Assembly: GCF_032191835.1 (NCBI RefSeq)
Contig: NC_083228.1
Coordinates: forward strand, 147,312,001-147,376,000
Source of the DNA: Heteronotia binoei
Taxonomy: Eukaryota
Length of the DNA: 64,000 nt
Direction: 5' to 3'
In this document: positions 36,501 to 49,455 of the stretch, in pieces
Layout of the letters: each line of letters begins with the position of its first letter
How positions within the stretch are numbered: the first letter of the stretch is position 1
Notes under the pieces: generated by a model
Database searches by the model: none
Seen by the model: only the letters and a program-made list of their open reading frames with translations
What the model was told of the DNA's origin: nothing
Program-made: the position numbers and the translations under genes

Positions 36501-37556
36501 GAGGAAAGGACTTGTAATAACAGGTTTAAATTAAGAGAGGGAACGTACATGCTGGATATTAAGGGAAACTTTTTAACAGCAAGAGTTGTTCAATGGCGGA
36601 ATTGGTGGGAGTCTCCATGTTGTGGAAGCAACAAGTCATCCTCTTAGATTTTGTTACCACAACACCTGACCTTTTCTATGTTTGATATTAGACTTGACTT
36701 CAGCTTTGTGACTCTCAAGCTTGTGCAGGACTCTTGGACTTCCGGGCTACACTCTCTGGTTTACCCCTTCTGGTAACGACCCTTTGGCTTGTGCACTTTT
36801 AGTCTGTTGACTTCTGAGACTAAGTTCTGGAATCTGTGTGAGCACCTGAACATGTCTGGCTTGCTGGCTCTCATCCCCATCCTTGCCTCTGGCCACGACA
36901 CCATCTCTGGTTAGGGGTGGTGGCGACAACACTGGCCTCAGATGCCCCCGGGCAAGTATTTGAAGAGGCCTCAAAATGATGCATTGCTGTGCAATAGTTT
37001 GATTCATGCATCATCCCATGTGGAGCAATTCACACTTTTTGCACTTGTGGGAGATCCTCCTTACCCAGAGAGATGACGCTCCAATAGTTTTCCCGCATGA
37101 CTTCCCTGTAGAGAGTTTTCTGGCCCGGATCCAGCAGGACCCATTCTGCTGGGGTGAAACAGACAGACACCTCCTCAAAGGAAAAGGGGCACTGGAAGAA
37201 AAAGCAGATTCCATCATCAAAGATGATACCAGGCAGAGACCCTTGAGAAAGTAGGAGGGAACCCAGGCTGTCCCCTGCTCATTTCCCCTACCTGGACTGA
37301 AGGTAAAGCAGATGTTTCCACACCTCTGGAATGACTCAACAGCATCTCTCCAGTGCCTGTTAGGAAGAGAAAGGACGAAGGGTGTTTGTTGTGACTTCCT
37401 GTTCCATTTGCTTGTTTGTTCACACACTCCCTTCCCAGGAGCTGGAAACCTTGCCCTGTGTACACTCAATACATCAGAAGAACATAAGAGAAGCCATGTT
37501 GGATCAGGCCAATGGCCCATCCAGTCCAACACTCTGTGTCACACAGTGGCAAAATT

Positions 37557-37597
<41 letters not shown>

Positions 37598-40500
37598 ATG
37601 TGGCTAATAGCCACTAATGGACCTCTGCTCCATATTTTTATCTAAACCCCTCTTGAAGGTGGCTATGCTTGTGGGTGCCACCACCTCTTGTGGCAGTGAA
37701 TTCCACATGTTAATCACCCTTTGGGTGAAGAAGTACTTCCTTTTATCCGTTTTAACCTGTCTGCTCAGTAATTTCATCGAATGCCCACGAGTTCTTGTAT
37801 TGTGAGAAAGGGAGAAAAGTACTTCTTTCTCTACTTTCTCCATCCCATGCATTATCTTGTAAACCTCTATCATGTCACCCCACAGTTTACGTTTCTCCAA
37901 GCTAAAGAGCCCCAAGCGTTTCAACCTTTCTTCATAGGGAAAGTGTTCCAGCCCTTTAATCATTCTAGTTGCCCTTTTCTGGACTTTCTCCAATGCTATA
38001 ATATCTTTTTTGAGGTGCGGCGAACAGAACTGCACACAGAACTCCAAATGAGACCGCACCATCGATTTATACAGGGGCATTATGATACTGGCTGATTTGT
38101 TTTCAATTCCCTTCCTAATAATTCCCAGCATGGCGTTGGCCTTTTTTATTGCAAACGCACACTGTCTTGACATTTTCAGTGAGTTATCTACCATGACCCC
38201 AAGATCTCTCTCTTGGTCAGTCTCTGCCAGTTCACACCCCATCAACTTGTATTTGTAGCCGGGATTCTTGGCCCCAATGTGCATTACTTTGCACTTCGCC
38301 ACAGTGAACCGCATCTGCCACATTGACGCCTGCTCACCCAGCCTCAACAGATCCCTTTGGAGTTCCCCACAATCCTCTCTGTTTCTCACCACCCTGAACA
38401 ATTTAATGTCATTCGCAAACTTGGCCACTTCACTGCTCACTCCCAACTCTAAATCATTTATGAACAAGTTAAAGAGCATGGGACCCAGTACCGAGCCGTG
38501 CGGCACCCCACTGCTTACCGTCCTCCACTGCGAAGACTGCCCATTTATACTCACTCTCTGCTTCCTATTACTCAGCCAGTTTTTGATCCACAAGAGGACC
38601 TGTCCTTTTACACCATGACTCTCAAGCTTTCTAAGGAGCCTTTGATGAGGAACTTTATCAAAAGCTTTCTGGAAGTCAAGGTAAACAACATCTATCGGGT
38701 CTCCTTTGTCCACATGTTTGTTCACCCCCTCAAAGAAATGTAACAGGTTAGTGAGGCAAGATCTTCCCTTACAGAACCCATGCTGAGTCTTCCTCAATAA
38801 CCCATGTCCATCAATGTGCCTACTCATTCTGTCCTTGATAATGGTTTCTACCAACTTTCCCGGTATTGAAGTCAGACTGACTGGCCTGTAATTTCCCGGA
38901 TCTCCTCTGGAACCCTTTTTAAAGATGGGGGTGACATTTGCTACCTTCCAGTCCTCAGGAACGGAGGCAGATTTCAATGAAAGATTACAGATTTTTGTTA
39001 GAAGATCCACAAGTTCAACTTTGAGTTCTTTCAGAACTCTCGGATGTATGCCATCCGGACCCGGTGACTTATTAGTTTTTAATTTGTCTATCAGTTGTAG
39101 GACCTCCTCTTTTGTCACCTCAATCTGACTCAGGTCTTTCAACACCCCTTCCAAAATTAGTGGTTCTGGGGTGGGCAAAAAGTTCTCATCTTCCACAGTG
39201 AAGACGGAGGCAAAAAATTCATTCAGCTTCTCAGCCATTTCCCTATCCTCCTTCTGTAATCCTTTTACCCCATGGCCATCCAAGGACCCCACTGCCTCCC
39301 TGGCTGGTTTCTTTCTAATATATTTGAAGAAATTTTTATTGTTGGTCTTTATGTTTTTTGCAATATGCTCCTCATAGTCCCTTTTTGCCTGCCTGATCAC
39401 AGTCTTATATTTGATTTGCCTCAGCCTGTGTTCCCTTTTACTAATCTCACTTGGACTGGTTTTCCACCGCTTAAAGGAGTCCTTCTTACCTTTTACAGCT
39501 TCCGTTACTTTGTTTGTTAACCATGCAGGCCTTTTCTTATGCCTGTTTGTGCCTTTCCTAACTTGTGGTATGTATTTTATCTGAGCTTCTAGGATTATAG
39601 TTTTAAATAGTCTCCAAGCTTCCCCAAGGGTTCTGACCGTATTTACCTTTCCTTTCAGTTTCCTCCTCACATGCCTCCTCATCTCAGTGAATTTACCCCT
39701 TTTAAAGTTAAATGTGGTTGTGGCGGTCTTTTGGGGCAACTCCCTATTTATACAAATGGTGAAATCAATAACATTATGGTCACTGCTCCCAAGCGGCGCA
39801 ATCACTTTTACTAAATTCTTTTTAGTAAAAACATCCTTTTACTAAATTCTGGGAGAGGCAGAAGAGAAGTACCCATGAGCCTCAGGGGGTGATAAATGCT
39901 GCCAACATATTCCAGGCTTCTGTGAGACCTGAAATGTGCCCTGTGAACTCTGGAGTTCCAAAGGTTGCAGCATCCCTGCTGGATCACACCAAACGCCCAG
40001 GAATCCCCTTCTCCTGCCAGCTGGCAGTGGGCCCTTCAGTCTGGACTGGGGGTGGAAAAAGTGGGGAGTGGAAATGACATGGCTTTACTTGAGCGCTTCT
40101 GGAGAACCCAGGGTAGCATCCGTGCAAAGCTTCATCCCAAGGCCCTCCCCGAATCCCCTGGGATGCCAGGCCACATCTGGTCACCCCTCCTGCAGCACCC
40201 GATTTCCTATTTGGCTCTTATGAACTGGTTTTCATTGTTCAGCACTGCCTCAGAAGGCATAGACTCCCCGTATTCTCCGGGATGAATAGCTCTGCCCAGG
40301 TTTGTCTAACTTTACTTTTCTTTTTTGAGGCACCCTGAGTTCCTCCTATGGAAGGAAGGTGAGACATGAATGTTCTAATTCATGGGAGGAACTGCCCTCT
40401 ATAATTCTTTCTAATCCCCTTTCAGAAGAATCACAGTCAGTGGACATTCAGTGATATGTGAAGAAGTACTGAATTCTTTTCCTGACCTGAACTCTCCACC

Positions 40501-41367
40501 CACCACATTCAGGGACTGCCCCAATTGTAAAAAGGCAGAATGAGACCTTACCACAAGAGAGGGCATCTTGGGCACCTTCCTGGGCCTGCGCCCTCTGCCC
40601 TTCCTCCAAGGAACCTCGTTCTGCCTCAGGGAATGGAGCTTCTCTCTCCAAGGATGGTCCCCACATCTGAAAGAGCAGCGATTGAGAAGGGGAAGAGATG
40701 GAACGGAGAAGAGACCAAGCAACAGATCCTGCCCCACTCCCAGACTCTGCGCTCTTCCATCAGCAGACCCAGTGAGTTGTCTGGAAAGAGAGAAGAAATT
40801 CTCTAGTAGAAGAGGCTGCTGAAGGAGGCTGTTAAAGCTCCCATTCAGATGATTAACACATGGGCAAATATCTCTCAGGGAAACTTTAGAATTAGCTCCA
40901 ATATCCTTGCTTGAATTGGACACAGCTGGAGGAAACCCCCTCACCTGCTCTGCCTGCCTCTTCTCCTTGGCCTGACTCAGGAGGAAGCCTTCGGCCAAGG
41001 CCACCGCCTGGGAACTGGTCTCCGGCCCACATTCCCTCACCCAGCGCTGCATTTCCTGGGGCAGGAGGGCTAGGAACCTCTCCAGGATCACCAGGTCCAC
41101 CATCTGCTTCTTGGAGTTCCTCTCTGGCTTCAGCCAGTGGCTGCAGAGTCGGTGGAGCCGGCTGCAAACCTCTCGGGGCCCATCAGCCTCACGGTACTGG
41201 AACTGCCGGAAGTGTTGGCCATGCACCTCTGAGATCTCCGTGACCTGAGAAGGTGTCTCTGGCACGGGGCTTTCCCAGCCTTCACCACCACCCCCAGCTT
41301 GGGTGGGAGGGGGGCCTTTGCTTGCTGTCTTGCCAGCTGCAGCTCCTTCTGGGTCCTGCTCTTCCAT
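32313..41367 (-). CDS. SCAN-KRAB-C2H2 zinc-finger gene C, complete (exons 41367-40945, 40666-40552, 37356-37292, 37191-37065, 34672-34550, 33595-32313; ~711 aa)
   Basis: Exons sum to 2136 nt in frame, all GT-AG; SCAN, KRAB-A (…[22 protein letters not shown]), 11 canonical fingers. Confidence 0.92.
35890..35960 (-). mobile_element. Short Sauria-SINE-like 3' fragment
   Basis: AAAGG(A)AAGGTCCCCTGTG…TTCCGACTCTGGGGTGACGTTGCTTTCACAAC recognised from memory; absent in the paralogous D intron (~56050). Confidence 0.5.
37065..37191 (-). CDS. KRAB-A exon of gene C
   Basis: 127 nt, AG/GT bounded, open frame. Confidence 0.93.
37476..39811 (-). mobile_element. CR1 LINE, 5'-truncated, with uninterrupted 733-aa ORF2 remnant (gene C intron 2)
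   Basis: ORF 37604..39805; same insertion site and 5' junction as copy 2 in gene B. Confidence 0.95.
37558..37597. repeat. (TA)n(CA)n microsatellite inside the CR1 3' UTR (also ~18255-18280 and ~20646-20682)
   Basis: Directly visible; length differs between copies. Confidence 0.85.
40945..41367 (-). CDS. SCAN-domain exon of gene C
   Basis: Within ORF 40411..41460; ATG at 41367, donor CAG|GTGAG at 40945. Confidence 0.93.
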
Positions 41368-42559
41368 CTCCCTCCGCTTCTCTTGGGTCACCTCAGACTG
41401 GGTAGAGATGCCTTGAGTCACTTGACTGTAAAGAGATACAGAGACAGTCACATGTCTCAAGGAAAGCGAATGAGAATTGCCCTGGTGGAGCAGAACTAAA
41501 GTGCTTCTTGCGGTTTGTAGACCTGCTTTAATATAATTTTGTTATATGACATACTAAGCTGTTTTAGATCTGCCTGCTTTGTTCTTTAGAATAGTTAAAT
41601 GTCTCAGTTGGGCTCTTTAAGGATGTTACAAGCCTAGACTCTCATTCCATGGGTTCAGTCTACCCAGTCTACTGGATAGAGATGCCTTTAGTCACCTGAC
41701 TGTAAAGAGATACAGAGACAGTCACATGTCACAAAAAAGCAAATGAGAATTGCCCTGGTGGATGAGAACTAAAGTGCTTCTTGTGGTTTATAAACATGGT
41801 TTAAAATAATTTTGTTGTATGACATAGCAAGCTATTTTAGAGATGCTTCCTGAGTTCTCTGGGAAAGTTAATGGTCTCTGTTTGGCTCCTAAAGGGCGTT
41901 ACAAGCTTAGCCTCTCAGTACATGGGTTCAGTCTGTCCAAGGGGCTAATTCTTAAGTTAAAGTGGGGCCCCCAAAGGACCAGGGGGACTGGTGACCCCTT
42001 AACTGTTGTCTGTATCTCTGCAACAGACCTGAGGTCCTAGGCGAGAGCATCTCTTTCAAAAGCCATGGGGGTCTGAACTGCGGGGTTCACCTGTTAGATC
42101 TCCAGCAAACACGTCTTTTGGGGAGGCTGAAAACCAGCTCCTCATGGCTCTCGTCACAACTAGAAGGAGACTCTCAAGGCAGCTGCAGGGGCTACTCACG
42201 TAACCACAGGGGCTCAGTTAATTACTCGCTACATTCCACAGTTAAGAAGATACATTTACATATCCATCTCCAATTCTGATATTTGCGTCTCTATGATTCT
42301 CCTCAGAATTAAATCCAAACATATGGTGACCAGGTAAACTGAGCTTGCTATCCCTGTTTGGTCCTTGCATCTCTTAAGCATCTTCATTAGGTTGTAAGTT
42401 AGTTTGCTGGTCAGTAGGAAAGGCCATAAGTAGCTGCCAGCGACCACTCTGGTTTGGGGTTCAACCCAGGCACGGCCCAGAATAGCCCCCCTCTTCACCT
42501 TCCCAAGCCCTCCCACCCACCCGCCCACACACCAGGGGGGACCTGACCGGTGACCCCTC

Positions 42560-43320
42560 AAGCCTGAAGTGTCAGAAGGACCCAGGCCCATAAAGGCTTC
42601 CCTGGAGGGGGGGGGGGCCGAACCCGGCTCTCCCAGATCAGAGTCCCTGCATTCACCGCACCACACCCTACTGGCTCTCAGCTGGTCCCGGGCAGTTCAG
42701 GTGTGCGGGGAAAGGGGGCGGGGGGGGGGTGCAGCAGAAGACGGGCGGGAGGAAGGGGATGGAGTCTGGGGAATGGCCGGGGGGCCCTCGGCGCTCTTGG
42801 CCGCAGCAGCATCCAGGGGGCTCCAGGCGCGCCTCCCCCCCCCCCCCCGGTCTCCCTTGGGTGCTGCAAGGCCCCTTCCCTACCTGGCCGCCTCGCCTTC
42901 CCCTCTCCGGCCCTCGTGGCGCTCGGAGCTGCTGCTGCTTTTGCAACCGGGGGGAGGGTCGCAGGAGGCCCGGCTGCTGCTCTTCCCTTCGGCCCCTCCT
43001 GCCCCACCGGCGCAGCACCCCAACCCCAGCAGCAGAGCTTGCGCGTCTTCCGTTCCGGGGCTCCCTTTGCAAAGGCCGGCCCGGGCATGCAAGCCTTCCT
43101 TCCCTTCCGGAGCAGCAGTGCTTTGGAAGGGGCTCCAGCACCCCCTGGCTCCGGCCTCTGCTCTGCCGGGATTGCAGCTCTCCCGGACGCCTCTCCGTGG
43201 GGCGGGACCGCTTTGGGTTGCAGAAGGAAAAAAAATATCCTACCCCTTTTGCAGGGAGAGCTCAGCCTTGCAGCCTTCCTGCCTCGTTGCAGACGCCTGG
43301 GAGGGGCCTCCTTGCACCGG
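42560..43320 (-). promoter_or_regulatory. CpG-rich putative promoter / first exon of gene C (candidate donor at 42884/42883)
   Basis: Paralogous to 4590-5300. Confidence 0.55.
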
Positions 43321-44011
43321 GGGCAGAAGGAAGGAGGCTTCTTCTCTTGCAGATGAGGGGGGAGGGTCAGTCTTTGAAATGGTGGAGGGGCGGGGGACAT
43401 GAGCCCTCTGGGATGCCTCCGCAAGCATCACTTCTGTGGCCAGAATCCTAGGCAGGCAGCCCGGCAGCTGTTTTCCCCTTGCATTCTGGGAACTGCCTTG
43501 CACCAAATCAGAGCCCCCCCCCCCCCCCCATCTCCATCCAGGTCAGTATTGTCCACTCAGACTGGCAGGCCTCTGTGTGTCCTCAGGAGTCCTTCACATC
43601 ACTTCTTCCCCGAGTCTTTGAACTGGAGGTTGGACAGGAGACCTTCTGCCCGCCAAGGGGATGCTCTGCCCCTGAACCACAGTCCCCACTCCCCTAATCC
43701 CACTTTTCCTTTCAGCCTGCAGATGGTGCTAGTCCTCAGTGCTCTCAGGCAGCCACCCAGCCCGGGGGCCCATCACAGCCAGTGTTGTCTGCTCAGACCG
43801 GCAGCGGCTCTGCAGGGTCTCAGGCCGAGGTCTTTCGCATCACCCACTGCCTGGTCTGTTTAACTGGAGATCCCAGGGATTGAACCAGGCATGCTCTGCT
43901 ACCACTGAGCCATGAACCTCTGGGCCGTGGAAGGAGGAAGGTGCGCTCTGCCTCATGCTGAAGGACCCTTCGTCTCTCAAGAGTGCCCATCATTGTGACT
44001 GGCAGCCGCTC

Positions 44012-44343
44012 AGAAATAATGGATAGGGGCACCTTCTTTTGGGGCTCATAGAATTGGACCCCCTGTTCCAATCTTTTTGAAACTTGGGGGGTATTTTGGG
44101 GAGAGGCACTAGATGCTATACTGAAAATTTGGTGCCTCTACCCCCCAAAACAGCCCTACCAGGGCCCCAGATACCCATGGATCAATTCTCCATGATTTTC
44201 TATGGGAATAAATCTTGATAGGGAATAATAGAGTTCCCAGCAGACATTTCCCTCCACTCCCCCCGCTTTCTGACGACCCTGAAGCTGGGGGAGGGTCTCC
44301 AAACCGGGGATCCCCTGCCCCCACCTGGGGATTGGCAACCCTA
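44012..44343. mobile_element. One-ended fragment of the hAT family seen at 45941-47174
   Basis: Ends in TTGGCAACCCTA; internal sequence is the reverse complement of ~46790-46990. Confidence 0.7.
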
Positions 44344-45940
44344 TAACAAGCACAGGCTGCATGGCAGGGGGGGGGCTCTCTTTACCCTTACAGTGGAGCG
44401 ACAGTCCCTTCCATCATCAGGTAATTGGCCTCAGCAATTCACGCATGGTCAAATCTTTAAGGAAGCTAGGAAGGCTCACGTTCAGTGGCAGCTTTCCTCC
44501 TTAATTCTGGTTTGGGGGCCGCAAAGAGGGCTGCCTGGTCCTAATTTTGCAAACAAACAGAAAATAAGGCTGTACAATCACAAATAAAACACTTTGTGAT
44601 GTTATAAAGTCACAACACGGTGCTAAACACTTCACAGCTAAAATATATTATTTCGCTTCAAATCAAAATTGAATCAATGGGCGTAAAATATGCAGAAACT
44701 GGATGATCCTTAAGTGTTTCTGCCAGTTCACAGATATAGTTGAATTCAACGATGTGATGCACCCATTGCCAAAACTGAAGATGTGACAACATGGTTGATA
44801 CTTTTGCATGTTTCAAGAGAATCTCTCTTCTTCTGGTCACGGAAACAAGAAGGAGCGCACTGCCTTATGCTGAAGGACCATTCATCTCTCAGGAGTGCCC
44901 ATCATTCTGATTGGCAGCCGCTCTCTTGCATGTACCTGACCTTTTAAACTGGCGACTGGACTGGGGCTCTTCTGCAGGCGAATCAGTCTATGTTGCTGAG
45001 CCCCCCCCCACCCGAAGTTGGGTTTTCTCCCCCACCCCCAAAGTGATTCCTATTTACAAGGCTGCCTCATTACGTGACCGAATGGGCCAGAGGGCAACAG
45101 GAGCTGACCTCCTGCGTCCTTTGCAGGGAAGTCTTTGTGTCTTCTATGTATGTGAGTGTTGCAACATGCAGACTGGCCTACCTCACAGGGGTGTTCTGGT
45201 TGTTTTGTTCCCCAAGCCTCCCAGTGGGGCACTGATGCTTACAAGCACAGGCTGCATTGGAGGGGGGTGGGCTCTCTTTACCCTTACAGTGGAGTGGCAG
45301 TCACTTGAGTCGTAGGGAAATAGGGCTCAGGTAATTCATGTGTGGTCCAATCTTTATGGAAGCTGGGAAGGCCCAGGTCTCAGGGGCAGCTATCCGCCTT
45401 AATTCGGGTTTGGGGGCAGAAAAGAGGGCTGCCTGGTCCTAATTTTGTAAACAAAAAGGAATGAAAGCTGAAAAAGCACAAACAAAACACTGTGCAGTGT
45501 TATAAATTCACAACATGGCGCTGAACACTTCACTGCTGGAATATATTATTTCACTTCAAATTAAAATTGAATCAGTATGTGCTGAATACACATAAATGGG
45601 ATGGTTTTAGCCACGGCCACCCTGTTCAGTTTATACCAATTTTCACCTGAAATTCCTACAGTTCTACCATGAAGCTCAACATCCAACTGGAGTAATCCTT
45701 ATGTGTTTCTGCCAGTTTGCACACAGAGTGGAATTCAGCAATGTGATGTACTCATTGTCACAACTGAAAATGTGACAACATGGACCTGAGGTTGACACTT
45801 TTGCACGTTTCAAGATAATCTCTCTTCTTCTGGTCACCTTAGTTGATGCAAAACTTAGGTTATGCCAGACAGACCCGATTGGCAAACGGTCCTTCCCTGG
45901 CAGCGAGGCCTCAGTGGGTGGGGCACAGGTGTGCGGGGAA

Positions 45941-47174
45941 TAGGCGTCCCAAATCTCCCGCCCTGGCGGGAGAACACTGGATTTTGAGCCTCCTCCCCCG
46001 GTCTGCAAATATTCGGAAGCGGGAGGGGGGACGATGCTTCCCCCTCACAGCACCGGGCCGCCGCCGCCGCAGCAACAACAGCGCAGCACCGCCACCACAA
46101 GCGCTGCTGGCCCAGGCCCATCACCGCGGCTGCGGCCCGAGCTACAGGCTGCCAGTGCCTGAGGAGAGCGGCAGAGGGTCTCCTCTCCCCCCCCTTTGAT
46201 CCTGCCTTCTGGGAGGGACTTGCGAGATTTTTTTTTACAATAAATACCAATTGCCCTTCCTTCCGAGGAGCGGCTGTAGCTGGGAAGGAGCGATCAGGAA
46301 AGTCAAAGGGAGGAAAGGTAAAACAGAAAAACAACAACCCCATGCAAGCCCCCCCCCCCCCCCCGTCTGAGGCTGCCAATTACAGGCCGTTTTCCAACTC
46401 GACCCCGAAGAAAAGCTAAAACCGGCATGAGGAAGCCCGCGCCTGCCTGCACTCTTTGCTTTCTTCCTGAGTGAGAAGGAAGCCGTCCACTTTCTTAACG
46501 CTTGCAAGGTCCGGGTAAAGTTAGAGAGTCCAGCGGCTCCTTTAAGACCAGCAAAGTGCTATTCAAGGTATGAGCTTTCGTGTGCACGGCACGCACACCT
46601 CAAATACGCAAGGTCTGGGTAAATAATTTTAAAAGCACATTATGCGGTGGAAAAAAAGGCCAGCAAGGCATCGCAACCAGCCAGGCAAGACTGCCTCCCT
46701 AGCGAGAGAGAGCATGTGACTTACCAGACTGGGGAGGAAACTGACTGCTGGGCATTCATTATTCCCTATGGAAACCGATTCCCAAAGGGAATAATGGAGA
46801 ATTGATCAGCGGGTATCTGGTACTCTGGGGGGGGGGGCTGTTTTTTGAGGTAGAGGCACCAGATTTTCAGCATAGCATCCGATGCCTCTCCTCAAAAGAC
46901 CGTCCAAGATTCAAAAAGATCTGACCGCGGAGTCCAATGCTATGAGCCCCCAAATAAGGTGCCCCTATCTTTTATTAATTCCAAGGAGGGAAGGCATTGA
47001 AAAGGTGTGTGGTCCTTTTCAATGTGATGGACAGAACTTCCTTTGGAGTTCAATTATGCTTGTCACAACCTTGCTCCTGGCTCCACCCCAATGTCTCCTG
47101 GCTCCACCCCCAAACTCTCCTGGCTCCACCCCCAAAGTCCCCAGATATTTCTTGAATTGGACTTGGCAACCCTA
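45941..47174. mobile_element. Non-autonomous hAT element, 1234 bp
   Basis: Perfect 8-bp TSD GCGGGGAA; imperfect TIR TAGGCGTCCCAA / TTGGCAACCCTA; subterminal CTCCTGGCTCCACCCC x3; empty site at ~8580. Confidence 0.88.
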
Positions 47175-49115
47175 GCGGGGAACGGCAGCGGCTTCCCTCA
47201 GATGGGCACCCCCCCTCCAGGAGCCTTTCAGCCCCACACACCCCTCCTCCCCCCTTCAGCAGGAAAGGGCCACAAGCAGCTGCAAGCAACCACCAAACCA
47301 GGGAGAGCCCCAAATAGCCCCCTCCTCCCCTTCCCAAGCACCCCCCACACCCCAGGAAGGGCACTGACAGGTGACCCATCAAGCTTTTGAGGCAAATTAA
47401 AGCTTCTATTTAAACAAGGTGGGAAGAAACCAACAGAGAGAGGAGGGAAAATAACTGCTTCAGAAGAGCCATTTTAGCAGACTGAGCAGGGAGACATTAT
47501 CTCCATGGCAACCCTGGACAGGCCTCCTCCCCGGGCACTGCTTCGCTACCTGCAGCCCAGGCTCCCAGGATGCAACGGGCTTCCCTGGCTTGGGGGACAA
47601 CATGCCTTGAACCAGCCTGCATGCAAGTCAACCAGGTAGGGTTGCCAACTCTGGGTTAGGGGATTGCTGGAGATTTCAGGGGTGGAGTTTGAGGACAGGG
47701 TTTTTTGAGGGGAGGAAGTGTTCAATACTGGGTTCCGTGGGGAAGAACGAGGGCTCCCAGAGTAGTGACCAGCAGCTTTTACTCAGTCATTCAGCATAAC
47801 TATATCCAAGTAAAACTGGCTTGCAAGCCCCAGGCCGTGGCCTGATTACATACAGTGAGACCCCACCCTGCTCCCACCCACAGGAAGCCCCCTCTAGGTG
47901 GCCCCAGGCAGCCTGGCCAACCCTGGTTCTCACGGATGGAGAAGCTCACAAAGTCCCTAATGCTTCAGGCAAGGACATAAGACCACCTCAGAAGTTCTGG
48001 GATGGATGGAGGCTCACCCGTTGAAACTTCATCCCCCGCTCACGGTTACTGGCTTTCCTTCCTGGTTTTGGTGTTGTGTGTATTCATACATTTTTACTAA
48101 ATTTTTACAAAATTATTTTATGTGTATACATCACCTTGAATGTAGTTTTAATGCTGAACTGCTTTAACGGTTTGATGTTTGCCACGTTGGAGATACTGCT
48201 GGGGTGGAAAGATGGCCAAGAAGGGTTGCCATTGCTAAGAATTCTGAAGCCTTGCTCTCATTGCCAATTGTATAATGGCACAGAAAAGCTTGTAGAAGCT
48301 TTAAGTGAAACAGGGCATCAAGTGCAACCCTGTCACGTTCCATATATGCCTTGCTGCACTGAGCTACTGCAACATCTACTGAAAAGAATTGGAGCTTGGG
48401 GCTCTGTTTAAGAACCAACCTTTGCCATAGCCTGGACTTTTCATTTGAAAATTTGGCATTAATTTGTCAGCTATGAGAATTTGAGATACGGGCGTGGTCA
48501 GTGTTCTATTTTTGTAATTGATTTCACCTTATTTTGAAATTTTGTTCTATATTTTTGTAAAGCGCGTAAGTTTTGTATTATTATCGAAGCTGGTTTTTCG
48601 AGGAGGTATATTTACCTTTTTCCTGCACCACCTGGAGGTTGGCAACGCTGACTACATGGGAGGGGAGTCTTGTGTAAGCTGTCCCTTCTGTGCCTCATTG
48701 TCTGCTCCCTTTTCTCACCTCTCCAGGGTCATCTGAGTAGGGCCTCCACTAGGTGCCACATGCCAATGAGTAAAATCAGCAACTCACCACACACGTGCCT
48801 TCTCTGTTGTGGCCCCGCCTTCTGCAATGGCCTGCCTGGGGAAGACGGGAAGGCTCCCACTCACCTGGCTTTCTGCAAATTATGCACATCTGGATCATTT
48901 CCCACCCTTCTTGTTCCTCATGTGGGATGAAGAGGGTTGCCCAGCCTGGGGCAGCTTTTCCTCCCAGCCCCCCCTCCCCTATTCTTTCCTCATCCAGGCA
49001 CCCCCACCCCCAATCTGGCTTCTCAAACACCTGTCCTCCAGCCCTCCTGGAAGCAAACTCAGATCCTACAAGGAGGATGTTGGAGGACTTCAATGTTTCT
49101 CCCCTCCTTGCTGTA

Positions 49116-49455
49116 CCATATTAAAGTTCTGTCTTCTTTTGGAAATTTTTCCATTTGTAATCCCAGCAGAAAAGTCTCTGCCACTTTATTGAATTCATAT
49201 CCCAAGATCGTAGAAATCTCTTGCTGAATCATTTGCCAAAACATTTTAGCCCTTTCACAAGTCCACCACATATGGTAGAAAGAACCTTCGTGCTTTTTAC
49301 ATCTCCAACACCTATCTGGCATCTTGTTGTTCATCTTTGCTAATTTTTTTCGAGTCATATACCATCTATACATCATCTTAAAACAGTTTTCTTTAATACT
49401 ATGACATGTTGCGAGTTTCATAGAATTCTTCCACAGATATTCCCGAGTGTCTTAT
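49116..49455 (-). mobile_element. Internal L1-clade ORF2 fragment (C-terminal Cys-rich region), no 3' tail
   Basis: RCWRCKKHEGSFYHMWWTC motif; absent from paralogous spacers at ~10620 and ~30240. Confidence 0.85.

Noticed and set aside
37604-39805. Domesticated or active reverse transcriptase gene
   Set aside because: 5'-truncated (no ORF1 or intact endonuclease) and the catalytic motif is FAND
40411-41460. 349-aa read-through ORF (SCAN plus retained intron 1)
   Set aside because: A strong CAG|GTGAG donor exists, and the equivalent read-through stops early in A and B; an intron-retained SCAN-only isoform is unsupported without RNA data
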